Source of the DNA: a virus
IMG/VR virus record: IMGVR_UViG_3300037470_001039
Location: 31,572 to 95,571 of that record
Strand: one strand, 5' to 3'
DNA length: 64,000 nt
Shown: positions 1 through 9,094 of the stretch, piece by piece
Numbering within the stretch: the stretch's first letter is position 1
How the letters are laid out: each line of letters starts with the position of its first letter
Notes under the pieces: model-generated
Databases searched by the model: none
What the model was told of the DNA's origin: nothing
What the model saw: the letters and a program-made list of their open reading frames with translations, nothing else
Translations under genes and position numbers: made by a program

Positions 1-1
1 C

Positions 2-205
2 GTCGGAAACAAGCGGACCGAGCAGCAAGACACCGGCATCACCATCGGCGGCATCATCAGCCCGACCGGCTTTGGCGAGGGTTACGCGGCATCCGACCGA
101 TACCGCATCAACGGCAAGCCGATGTTCGTGGGACGCACCCGCGTGACGCCGGATCCCGAGACGGTGCCCCTGGCTCCGTACCCGGGCCGCGACCAGACCG
201 GCTGA
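2..205 (+). CDS. 3' end of a hypothetical protein (truncated by the window edge)
   Basis: Frame 2 is open from base 2 (VGNKRTEQQDTG...GRDQTG) to TGA at 203-205, with GC3-rich codons. Confidence 0.6.
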   Translation, partial: VGNKRTEQQDTGITIGGIISPTGFGEGYAASDRYRINGKPMFVGRTRVTPDPETVPLAPYPGRDQTG

Positions 206-208
206 TCC

Positions 209-592
209 ATGAAGCACCTGTCGCAGCAGAGGATCTCCATGGAGATGCGTCGTCCCTTCGTCAGGAAGTGGCGGCGCACCCTGCAGAGGCGTCTCGCGTC
301 CCCGGGACTTTCGGCGGACGCGCGTCGCGTGCTCGAGCGCGACATCCACAACCTCGGGGAGCCCAAGATCTACAACGCGGACGATCCTCCGCCCGTGGGG
401 GCTCGCCGTGGCGGGGAAGGAGCCCCCGTCAAGATCGACCTGAACGCCGCGACCGCGGAGTCTCTGACCTCGATCCCGCACACGAAACTCTATCTCTACG
501 CCCTCCAGCACGATCTCGAGGTCGCGCCGGGAGACACCAAGGCCCAGGTCGTGCAGACGATACTGGGCCACGCCAAAGGAGAAGCACCATGA
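209..592 (+). CDS. hypothetical protein
   Basis: 127-aa ORF with an ATGA overlap to the next gene. Confidence 0.65.
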   Translation: MKHLSQQRISMEMRRPFVRKWRRTLQRRLASPGLSADARRVLERDIHNLGEPKIYNADDPPPVGARRGGEGAPVKIDLNAATAESLTSIPHTKLYLYALQHDLEVAPGDTKAQVVQTILGHAKGEAP

Positions 593-1164
593 AAAACCGA
601 ATGATGATGCTGTGGGTCTTCCTCGCAGCCTCCATGCTCACGAGTCCGGCGACGGCCGCCCCTCCCGAGGAGGACAAGGCCGCGACCGAGGAGAAGGCCG
701 ACGAGGCCAAGACCGACGACGTCAAGGCCGACGAGGAGAAGGCGGACGAGGCCAAGGCGGGGGATGGCGAGACCGGAGGAGAGGCCAAAGCCGACACCGA
801 GGCCAAGGCGGACGAGCCAGCCGAGATCGAGACCGACGAAGAAGCATTCGACGTCGTGGCACAGCTCGTCGACGCGGCGAAGGGAGGCCAGTGGAGTCTC
901 GTGGCCGCGTTCGTCGTGATGCTGCTGGTCTACGTCGTGAAGCGATTCGGCCTCAAGGACAAGCTGCCGTCGAAGGCCGTCCCGTGGGTGGCCGCCGGAT
1001 GCAGCATGGCCGGCTACGTGGCCGCCGCGCTGATGGTCGAGGGAGCCGCCGTCGGGGAGGCGCTGATCGGAGGCATGGCGACAGGCGCCGCCGCCGTGGG
1101 CCTGTGGGAGATGCTGTTCAAGCACTTCCTGGGCAAGAAGTCGGAGGCCCCCGCCGAGAGCTAG
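589..1164 (+). CDS. membrane protein with signal peptide, acidic linker and holin-like C-terminal domain
   Basis: AAGGAG RBS and ATG at 589. Signal-like N-terminus, E/D/K/A-rich linker, then about 3 hydrophobic segments ending GGMATGAAAVGLWEMLFK, resembling the G-x-x-x-G-x-x-A-x-G-L-[YW]-E tail of small phage holins. Confidence 0.55.
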   Translation: MKNRMMMLWVFLAASMLTSPATAAPPEEDKAATEEKADEAKTDDVKADEEKADEAKAGDGETGGEAKADTEAKADEPAEIETDEEAFDVVAQLVDAAKGGQWSLVAAFVVMLLVYVVKRFGLKDKLPSKAVPWVAAGCSMAGYVAAALMVEGAAVGEALIGGMATGAAAVGLWEMLFKHFLGKKSEAPAES

Positions 1165-1181
1165 AGGCGCAGGGGACGAAC

Positions 1182-1217
1182 AAGAGAGCCCGGCCGCGCG
1201 GTCGGGCTCTCTTTTTT
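1182..1217 (+). terminator. Rho-independent terminator
   Basis: AAGAGAGCCCGGCC-GCGC-GGTCGGGCTCTCTT hairpin followed by a T-run. Confidence 0.85.
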
Positions 1218-1234
1218 GGTTGGTAGGATTCACC

Positions 1235-1507
1235 ATGGACCTCTACGAGCCTCAGTGGATCGTGCTCCGGTGGCCTGTCGGTCTCCTCAACGAGCACCAG
1301 CGCGGGCTGCTCGTCGAGTACCTCGACGACAACTTCCAGATCGGCACCGTGCGCTTCGAGGCCGGAGATCCCAGCTCGGCCGTGGAGATCCTCGGGTCGG
1401 CCCAGAGCGTCGTGAGGAGCGCTGTCCTCGAGTACATCGAGAAGTTCGTCCTGGCACCCCCCTCCGAGCCCCCGCCCGTCTACGACGCCGAGTACGAGGA
1501 CGTCTAG
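1235..1507 (+). CDS. hypothetical protein
   Basis: AGGA RBS, ATG at 1235, GC3-biased ORF. Confidence 0.6.
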   Translation: MDLYEPQWIVLRWPVGLLNEHQRGLLVEYLDDNFQIGTVRFEAGDPSSAVEILGSAQSVVRSAVLEYIEKFVLAPPSEPPPVYDAEYEDV

Positions 1508-1562
1508 AGTTCCTATCGGCGCGCGTACAATGAGGGGCCGGTCTCGGCACCCACCTTGAGCT

Positions 1563-3248
1563 GTGAGACGAAGAAGGAAGACGCCTGTCAGAATTTCTCG
1601 TGGTCTCGACGCCCGGAAGCAGATGCTCGACGGGATCGACGAGATGACGCGGGCCGTGGCGGCCACCTACGGCCCGCGCGGGCGTACCGTGATGCTCGAC
1701 CGTCCGGGAGGCATCCTGTCGACGAAGGACGGCGTGTCGGTCGCGTGGGAGATCGAGCCCGCGGACCCCGTGCGCCGTCTCGGCACCCGCGTCGTGCAGG
1801 AGGCGTGCAGCAGCGTCAATCGAGCCTGCGGGGACGGCACCACCACCACGGCCATTCTCGTGCACGCCATCTTGCGGGAGAGCTTGAAGTGGATCGCCGC
1901 GGGCGCGCACCCGGTCCTGCTCGCTCGAGACTTCCAGCGCGTGGCGGACGACCTCGTCGGGGCAGACGTGTTCGACGTGTGCTGCCCCGTCGCCGTGGAG
2001 GACGAGGGGCTCATGAGGGAGGTCGCCTTGGCCGCGTCCAACGGGGACGAGGAGGCCGCGTCGGCCATCGTCGAGGCGTTCGGGCTCGTGGGCTCCGAGG
2101 GCATGATCGTCGTGGAGGAGGGGAAGGGCCGCGGCATCGAGCTCGTGCACAAGACAGGCATGGAGATCGACCGGGGATGCGAGAGCCTCGAGCTTCTCGA
2201 CGACGGCGGCTCCCGCCACCTCGACGTCCCTCTCGTGGCCCTCGTCAACGGCGAACTCACCACGCTGTCCGACGTGGCCCCCATTCTCGAGGAGGCCACG
2301 CAGTTCCCTCACCCTCTCGTCATCGTCTCTCGCGGGTGTTTCGGAGAGGCGGTGAAGGTGCTCGTCGCCAACGACCGCAAACTCGAGAGGGCCGACGGCG
2401 GGAAGTTCGAGGTGACGGCGGTGCGGTGCCCCGGCCACGTCGACTTCATGCGCAGCCGCCTCGACGACCTGGCTGCGCTCACCGGCGCGACGGTGGTCGA
2501 TCCGAAGGTCGATGCACTCTCCAAGTTCGAGTCTTGGATGCTCGGGTCGGTGCAGACGGCCACCGTCGACAAGGACAGCGCGAGCTTCGTCGCGTTCGAG
2601 GACAAGTACCCGCTGATCGAGGAGCGCGTCGCACAGCTACGGCACGAGATCGAGTCGACGACCTCGAGCCACGACGTCGAGGAGCTGCGGACCAGGATCG
2701 CGCGCCTCACCGACGGGCTCTGCGTCATGCGGGTCGGAGGATGGTCCGACACGGAGATTCGCGAAAGACGAGGGAGGATCGAGGACGCGCTCGAGGCCGT
2801 CCGGGTCGCCGTCGACGGCGGCGTCGTGCCCGGCGGCGGGATCGCATACCTCGCCCTGGCCAACCTCCTCGAGTGCGGCGTTCACCTCACGCGGGGCGGC
2901 ACACGCAACTCCCCGATCTTCGCGGTGTCGGGGCTCGCGGACGAGATCCTCGCCAAGGCCCTCAGGGAGCCTCTCAGGACGCTCGCCAGGAACGCGGGCC
3001 ACGAGCCTTCCGTGGTCGTCGAGGCCGTCCTCGCGGCGTCTCGCGTGCCTGGGACCGAGGCGGCGTGTCCCTCGTGGGAGGCCGGCTGGGACGCTACCAC
3101 GGGCACGATTCGAGACCTCCGCGAGAGCCCGACCCTCTGCGATCCCCTCGAGGTGGTGAAGGCCACGGTGCTCACGGCCATCTCGACGGCGTCTACCTTG
3201 CTCACCGCGGAGGTGGCACTCACCCGCGTACAAGGACCGTCCCGATGA
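1563..3248 (+). CDS. groEL: divergent GroEL/Cpn60 chaperonin
   Basis: TYGPRGRTV, TKDGVSVA, GDGTTT and GVVPGGG motifs, plus a DP..VV...V..A.S.A..LLT C-terminus. No GGM tail. Confidence 0.93.
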   Translation: MRRRRKTPVRISRGLDARKQMLDGIDEMTRAVAATYGPRGRTVMLDRPGGILSTKDGVSVAWEIEPADPVRRLGTRVVQEACSSVNRACGDGTTTTAILVHAILRESLKWIAAGAHPVLLARDFQRVADDLVGADVFDVCCPVAVEDEGLMREVALAASNGDEEAASAIVEAFGLVGSEGMIVVEEGKGRGIELVHKTGMEIDRGCESLELLDDGGSRHLDVPLVALVNGELTTLSDVAPILEEATQFPHPLVIVSRGCFGEAVKVLVANDRKLERADGGKFEVTAVRCPGHVDFMRSRLDDLAALTGATVVDPKVDALSKFESWMLGSVQTATVDKDSASFVAFEDKYPLIEERVAQLRHEIESTTSSHDVEELRTRIARLTDGLCVMRVGGWSDTEIRERRGRIEDALEAVRVAVDGGVVPGGGIAYLALANLLECGVHLTRGGTRNSPIFAVSGLADEILAKALREPLRTLARNAGHEPSVVVEAVLAASRVPGTEAACPSWEAGWDATTGTIRDLRESPTLCDPLEVVKATVLTAISTASTLLTAEVALTRVQGPSR

Positions 3249-3466
3249 CCAACTCCAACGTCCTCGATATTTTCACGTTCTGTGATCACTTCTTCAAGAT
3301 CGTGCGCCTCGTGGACGGGGACGCCACCAAGTTCGAGATCGAGGACGAGTACGACACGAAGGCCGCGCTCGAGAACCCCGCGGACCTCAGGGAGGTGAGG
3401 GGGGTCTGTGTCACCATCCTCCAGCGGTATCGTGCCGAGAGGTCCATGCCGGGAGCTCAGCCATGA
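3245..3466 (+). CDS. hypothetical protein
   Basis: ATGA-coupled to both neighbours (MTNSNVLDIF...). Confidence 0.6.
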   Translation: MTNSNVLDIFTFCDHFFKIVRLVDGDATKFEIEDEYDTKAALENPADLREVRGVCVTILQRYRAERSMPGAQP

Positions 3467-4284
3467 GAGGTCGCCTCGTCCAGTTCAAGCGCGGGTCCTG
3501 CACTCCCGACACCATCGACGCCCTTCGCAAACTCGAGAAGCGCGTCTCCAAACTGCGGGCCACCGTGTCCGTCGACGGCCCCGGGCTACTCGAGATGACG
3601 TGGGAGAAGGTTCGGGCGGCGCCCGGGCCCACGGGACTTCCTCCCGAGTGGTCGGCGGTGCCGACGGGCCGCGAGGTCTACCTCAAGCTCACGATCCAGG
3701 ACGACGACGGTCCAGAGACGTCACGTCGGGAGCGCGAGCTCGCCATGCTGTGGGCCCTCACCGTGCCGCTCGGGCTCGTCCCGTTCACTCGGTACCCGCT
3801 GCCGGGTCCTCACGACTCCGTCTTCCACGTCTTCGGAGAGTGGGGTCTGCTGCTCGACCACCTCCTCGGGGCCGGGAGAGGCGAGGCCGGGTGGCCCTCC
3901 TTCTGCTGCGCGGCGCAGATCGACGTGGGCAAGTGGGAGGGCGGCCGCGTCACGGAGCGCCTCGTGCAGGCGCACCTGCACCGCATCGGGTTCAACGTCG
4001 GCAGCGTCGACGGCATCGTCGGCAACAAGACCCAGGGGGCGCTCCGGGCCGCCAACCTGCACTCGCTCCCCTTGGCTGACGTGGCGAAGCAGATCGTGGA
4101 AAAGGCGCCGCATATCCCGCCGATCCTGGAGAGGGACGTTCACGGGCGCATCGACCTCACCGGCGTTGATTTCTCTATTCATCCCTATGGACAGGTACGC
4201 GCGACGCGGACCGTTCGTGGGGCCGATCTTCAAATCTCGGGTCCCGGCCGCGTCGTCCTCGACGTCCGGGACCCGTCTACATGA
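3463..4284 (+). CDS. peptidoglycan-binding-domain protein, possibly a degenerate M15-type peptidase
   Basis: LVQAHLHRIGFNVGSVDGIVGNKTQGALRA matches the PG_binding_1 pattern. Confidence 0.6.
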   Translation: MRGRLVQFKRGSCTPDTIDALRKLEKRVSKLRATVSVDGPGLLEMTWEKVRAAPGPTGLPPEWSAVPTGREVYLKLTIQDDDGPETSRRERELAMLWALTVPLGLVPFTRYPLPGPHDSVFHVFGEWGLLLDHLLGAGRGEAGWPSFCCAAQIDVGKWEGGRVTERLVQAHLHRIGFNVGSVDGIVGNKTQGALRAANLHSLPLADVAKQIVEKAPHIPPILERDVHGRIDLTGVDFSIHPYGQVRATRTVRGADLQISGPGRVVLDVRDPST

Positions 4285-4931
4285 CCCTCCACCTCGCCAG
4301 CCCCGAAAGAGTCGCCCGGTCGTGGCTCCTGGAGAAGCTCCTGGGGCCGGAGAAGAAGCCCAGCTCGGCCCCGTCTCGGGGGCGCCCTCTCACCCCTCAG
4401 CAGCGGGAACGCGCGCTCGAGGACGCCTACAAGTCCCTCAAGGACGACCTCGTCCGCGGGGTGAAGCAGGAGTTCGCGGGGCTCGACGCCGCGGAGAAGC
4501 GCATCGCCGGGAAGCACGGCATCGATCCCCTCTTCTTGAACTGGTACGTGGTCAACGGACAGCACTGGCCCCCGATGCCTGCGCGCACGAAGAGCGCGCT
4601 GCGGACCATGCAGAGCGCCCGTATGTGGTTCGCCGAGGTGCCGAGCAGTTGGGCGAACATGACTGTCCCGAGCATGGACAATGCGCGGTCTCGCGACGCC
4701 GCGTTCCGGGAACTCGGCGAGTGGTTCCTCAAGAACTTCGTCGCCAGCGTGGAGCGTAAATTCACGAACACGATCTGGAAAAAGTCGCGGGAGCTCCTCA
4801 GCGTCTTCCACAGCAAGGGCTCGCCGAGCAAGGCGTCGATCCTCCTGCTGCGGGATTTCAAGAACCGTCTCGGAGAGGATCGGTTCCAACTCAAGCCGGC
4901 CGTTCGTCGACTCGTCGAGCTGTTCGACTAG
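4281..4931 (+). CDS. hypothetical protein
   Basis: 216-aa ORF, ATGA-coupled. Confidence 0.65.
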   Translation: MTLHLASPERVARSWLLEKLLGPEKKPSSAPSRGRPLTPQQRERALEDAYKSLKDDLVRGVKQEFAGLDAAEKRIAGKHGIDPLFLNWYVVNGQHWPPMPARTKSALRTMQSARMWFAEVPSSWANMTVPSMDNARSRDAAFRELGEWFLKNFVASVERKFTNTIWKKSRELLSVFHSKGSPSKASILLLRDFKNRLGEDRFQLKPAVRRLVELFD

Positions 4932-4948
4932 GTGCGTATAACGGCGGC

Positions 4949-7900
4949 ATGGATCCCAAGCTCGCGGCAACTTACTCTCGGCTCAAGAAGGTTCGACAGC
5001 GAGAGGATCTGTCGCTCAAGCCGACCTCGCTTCTCAAGCAGACGTACACGGACTTCGACGGGACCGAGCAACCGTTCCGTCACCGGTACTACCAGGTGCA
5101 GGGCATCCTGCATCTCGCGGCGATGAACCGGTTCGTCCTCGGAGACGATACGGGGTTGGGCAAGTGCGTCGTCGGCGACACGCTCGTCAAGACGAGCCGT
5201 GGCTTGATCCCCATCCGAGAACTCAACCCGGGCGTGACCGAGCCGGACGCCTTTGCTTCGCTGAGCGGCGTAGAGGTCGAAGTCGATGGGGCCACGGTGC
5301 CTGTGTCCCGGTTCTACTACGGAGGCGAGAAACCGACGATCAAGGTCCGCACCCGAAGTGGGTACGAGATCGAGGGGTCTCAGATCCATCCGGTCATGGT
5401 GCGGCGCGACGGCGTCGACCAGTGGGTCAAGTTGAGAGATCTGTGCGAGGGCGACTATATCGCAATCGAGAGATCGTGTGACATGAAAACACACGAAGAC
5501 CGCGTTGAACCCGAGCTTCCGCCCCCGGGCCAAGGTGCTTCCCATGAGAGGAAGCATCACGTTCCGCGTCGCATGACTCCTGCATTCGCGCGGTTCCTCG
5601 GGTACCTCGTAGCCGAGAGTTGGTTCAACCGGCATGACTTCTTTCTTCTGAGTCAGCACGCGGAGAAGAACCCGGAAGTCTACGCCGACATGGCCGCCTT
5701 GGCCGACGAGGTCTTCGGGATCCAGATGCGCCCGCTCCATGGCGACAAGGGATTCTCGCTCGCGAGCACGCAGATCATCCGGTTCTTGCGTGGTGTCGGA
5801 TGTGTCGTTGGGGTCGCGAAGGACAAGGAGGTTCCGTGGTCGGTGCTGAGGAGTTCCCCTGCTTCCGTCCGAGAATTTCTCCGAGGCTATGTAGACGCGG
5901 AGGGATCGACGAGCACTCTCGGGATCGAGGTCAGCTCGGCCTCGGAGACCCTCCTTCGACAGGTACAAGTCATGCTCCTGTCCTTCGGGATCATCTCCCA
6001 ACGCAACCCGAAGATGGTCGAAGGGCGCGACCACATCTACTGGCGCGTGCAGATCCAAGGCGACAATGCCCGTCTCTTCATGCAGCGCATCGGACTCGTC
6101 TCGCACAGGAAAATCGAAGCACTCACTCCTCTTCTTGAGGGGACCTCCAACCCCAACTACGACGTCGTCCCTCAGGCTGTGGACCAAGTGGGAGATCTGA
6201 GGGCAGAGATCTACGCCCGCGCCGGGCGCCACGGCTACAAAGGGGGTGGCGTCGCGAAGCGATGGGGATCGGCCTTCTACAACACGCTCGGCCATGTCCG
6301 CGCTGGGCGGCGTAACCCGACGTATCGATACCTCGAGCGGGTCTTGGAAATCGCACGCGAGGTCGGCGTGTCGGAGATGAACCGCGCCTACGACGGTGTG
6401 GCAACCCTCGTCAGGCGCCGGTGGTTCTACGACCCGATCGAGGACGTCGAGGACGGGTGGGCGGAGGTATTCGACATTGAGGTCGACGACCAGCGACATG
6501 CTTTCGTCGGTAACGGTCTCGTCTGTCACAACACGCTCATGAGCATCTCTGGGCTCTGCTACGTGTGGGCTCGCGAGCCTGACCGCAAGGTCATCATCCT
6601 CACCAACAAGAGCGTCCTCGGCCAGTGGGCCCTGGAGTTCGAGAAGTTCTGCGTCCCCGACGCCGTCCAAGTCTTCACGGGGGTGGGGACGCCGGCCAAG
6701 CGCCAGAAGGTCTACAAGGCGTTCGAGCATGCGACGGGGCCTACCGTACTCATCATGGGGTACGCGACGGCACGGCGGGACATCAAGTATCTCCAAGCCT
6801 GGTCGGACTACATCCTCATCGCGGACGAGTGCTTCTCGTATCACACGCCCGTGACCCTCGGGGACGGGTCGACGGAACTGATCGGCAAACTCGTCTCTCA
6901 GAAGGCATCCGTTGAGGTCTTGTCTTGGAATCCTGATACCGGAGAAGTCGAACCCAAGAAAATCGTGAACTGGTACCGGAAACCGATGCCGGGGGTCTAC
7001 GGACGCAGCCCTTCCCAGCGAAGAGCGGTCATGCGGAAGATGGAATTTCACTGGGGTGGAAACGTGTTCTGCACGGAAGACCATGATTTCTATCGCCTCG
7101 ACGGATCGAAGACGCGTGCCGCCGATCTTCAACGCGGGGACAAAGTGGTGCACGTTGAGATGTTTGGCCCTACAGACGACCAGATGCAGATCATCCTCGG
7201 ATCACTTTTGGGAGACGCTTCTATCTCGACTCCGAGGAAAACGTGGGGTGTCTCTTTCGGGCACTCGGATGCGCAGCGGGACTTGCTGGAGTTCAAGCAG
7301 ACCGTGTTGAGAGGACTCGGAGTTTCTGAGTTGAGTCTTGTGGAGGAGAATGGCTACTCAGAAACGAATTACTGGCGTTTCCGCATGAACGGTAACTCGT
7401 ACGTGACCCGCGTACTGGATGAGGGATGCAGTCTTTTGGTCCCCTACAAGGGAACCAACCCGACCCGGAAACACCGGAAACAGGTGACGGTCGAATGGCT
7501 TGAGCGTGTCTCAGGTCTGGGGCTCGCTATCTGGCACGCAGATGATGGATCTTTGAGCACCTACGAGCGGTCAGATGGCAGCAAGGGGATGCAGGTCCGA
7601 CTCAACACCCAAGACTTCACCCGAGAGGAAGTGAGGTTGCTCGTTGGGTGGCTTCGGTGGCGATGGGGGGTCCAAGCCGCTGTCAAGATCGAAAACAAGC
7701 GCTGTGATCGGGAGAAGGGCACTCGGAAAACGTACCCGTACATCTTCATTGGGAACGAAGGTGCGAAAAGATGGTTCGACCTTATGCCAGGTGCCGTGCC
7801 GGGAACTCTGCACAAGTTCCCGGAGGGGATGCCTGTGCTCAGTCCGGCGGTCTTGGAAATTACACCGAAACCCGTGACAATGCCGGACCGTGTGGTGAAC

Positions 7901-9094
7901 AAGTCACGTTGGCGTCCGAGCAACGACGGGGAGAGGTACGTCTACGACATCGAGGTTGAAGGTAATCACAACTATTTCGTCAACGGTACGCTTGTGTCGA
8001 ATTGCACCGCCTTCAAGAACCCGAGCACGCAGACCTACCAGGTGGTGCGGCACCTGTCGTCGCGCTCGTCGAGGTTCTGGGCCCTGACGGCGACGCTGAT
8101 CAAGAACAACCTCATCGAGGGCTACGGCATCTACTCGCTCGTGGTCCCGGGCCTCTTTCCGAGCTCGAAGAACCGGTTCATGAACGAGTACTGCATGACC
8201 CGGCTCCAGGCCATCCCGGGGAGCCGCCGGCAGATCCCTGTCATCATCGGGTACCGCAAGGACCAGATCGACCGCTTCCGCGAGAAGATCGACCCCTACT
8301 TCCTCGCCCGGGCCAAGTTCGACGTGGCGAAGGAACTCCCGGTCCTCCAGGTGCGCGAGCACAAGTGCGGCATGACGCGCGACCAGGAGCGTGTCTACCG
8401 AGAGGCGCTCGCGGGGCTCTTCGAGAAGCACACGGGCGAGGAGGTCGAGACGACCAAGCTGACGTCCTTGATCTACTGCCAGCAGATCGTCGACCATCCC
8501 GGGCTCGTGGAGGTCGAGGGGGACAGCGCCAAGATGGACGAGCTGTTCGACATGCTCACCGACGGCGATCTCGTCGGCGAGAAGGTCATTGTGTTTTCCC
8601 GGTTCCGCAAGATGATCAACAAGCTCGAGGAGGTGGCGCACTCCAAGAAGTACGATCTCAAGACGGTGCGCGTCACCGGAAACGAGGACGAGGACGAGCG
8701 CAAGGAGGCGATGCGCCAGTTCCAAGACCCAAACTCGGACATCCAGGTCTGCTGGATCACGGAGGCGGCGAAGGAGGGCATCAATCTCCAGGCCGCGAAG
8801 GCGCTCATCTTCTACGACTCTCCGTGGTCGGCCGGAGACTATCTTCAGTGTCTCGGCCGCATGATCCGTATCGGGTCGAAGCACGACCGCTGCTACGCGA
8901 TCCACCTCGTCGCGCGCGGTACGATCGACGTGAGGGTCATGGGGGTGCTGCGCAAGAAGATGAAGCTGATCGAGCAGGTCATGGGCAAGCGCCTCAAGGG
9001 AGACGACATGGACGACGTCTTCGTCTCCGACGACAACAGCATCGACGACGTCTTCTCGGCGCTCATGGCAGACGCGAGGAAGTACGCCGCGTGA
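4949..9094 (+). CDS. SNF2-family helicase/ATPase with two inteins
   Basis: LGDDTGLGK/T (Walker A), IADE/C (Walker B), LTATLIKN, KVIVFSRF, AKEGINLQ and QCLGRMIRIG motifs. Confidence 0.93.
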   Translation: MDPKLAATYSRLKKVRQREDLSLKPTSLLKQTYTDFDGTEQPFRHRYYQVQGILHLAAMNRFVLGDDTGLGKCVVGDTLVKTSRGLIPIRELNPGVTEPDAFASLSGVEVEVDGATVPVSRFYYGGEKPTIKVRTRSGYEIEGSQIHPVMVRRDGVDQWVKLRDLCEGDYIAIERSCDMKTHEDRVEPELPPPGQGASHERKHHVPRRMTPAFARFLGYLVAESWFNRHDFFLLSQHAEKNPEVYADMAALADEVFGIQMRPLHGDKGFSLASTQIIRFLRGVGCVVGVAKDKEVPWSVLRSSPASVREFLRGYVDAEGSTSTLGIEVSSASETLLRQVQVMLLSFGIISQRNPKMVEGRDHIYWRVQIQGDNARLFMQRIGLVSHRKIEALTPLLEGTSNPNYDVVPQAVDQVGDLRAEIYARAGRHGYKGGGVAKRWGSAFYNTLGHVRAGRRNPTYRYLERVLEIAREVGVSEMNRAYDGVATLVRRRWFYDPIEDVEDGWAEVFDIEVDDQRHAFVGNGLVCHNTLMSISGLCYVWAREPDRKVIILTNKSVLGQWALEFEKFCVPDAVQVFTGVGTPAKRQKVYKAFEHATGPTVLIMGYATARRDIKYLQAWSDYILIADECFSYHTPVTLGDGSTELIGKLVSQKASVEVLSWNPDTGEVEPKKIVNWYRKPMPGVYGRSPSQRRAVMRKMEFHWGGNVFCTEDHDFYRLDGSKTRAADLQRGDKVVHVEMFGPTDDQMQIILGSLLGDASISTPRKTWGVSFGHSDAQRDLLEFKQTVLRGLGVSELSLVEENGYSETNYWRFRMNGNSYVTRVLDEGCSLLVPYKGTNPTRKHRKQVTVEWLERVSGLGLAIWHADDGSLSTYERSDGSKGMQVRLNTQDFTREEVRLLVGWLRWRWGVQAAVKIENKRCDREKGTRKTYPYIFIGNEGAKRWFDLMPGAVPGTLHKFPEGMPVLSPAVLEITPKPVTMPDRVVNKSRWRPSNDGERYVYDIEVEGNHNYFVNGTLVSNCTAFKNPSTQTYQVVRHLSSRSSRFWALTATLIKNNLIEGYGIYSLVVPGLFPSSKNRFMNEYCMTRLQAIPGSRRQIPVIIGYRKDQIDRFREKIDPYFLARAKFDVAKELPVLQVREHKCGMTRDQERVYREALAGLFEKHTGEEVETTKLTSLIYCQQIVDHPGLVEVEGDSAKMDELFDMLTDGDLVGEKVIVFSRFRKMINKLEEVAHSKKYDLKTVRVTGNEDEDERKEAMRQFQDPNSDIQVCWITEAAKEGINLQAAKALIFYDSPWSAGDYLQCLGRMIRIGSKHDRCYAIHLVARGTIDVRVMGVLRKKMKLIEQVMGKRLKGDDMDDVFVSDDNSIDDVFSALMADARKYAA
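5165..6532 (+). mobile_element. intein with LAGLIDADG endonuclease in the SNF2 Walker A motif
   Basis: Starts CVVGDT after GLGK and ends GNGLVCHN before T. Contains FLGYLVAES and FLRGYVDAEG blocks. Confidence 0.92.
6830..8002 (+). mobile_element. intein with LAGLIDADG endonuclease in the SNF2 Walker B motif
   Basis: Starts CFSYHT after ADE and ends NGTLVSN before C (Ser-Asn terminus). Contains ILGSLLGDAS and LAIWHADDGS blocks. Confidence 0.9.
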
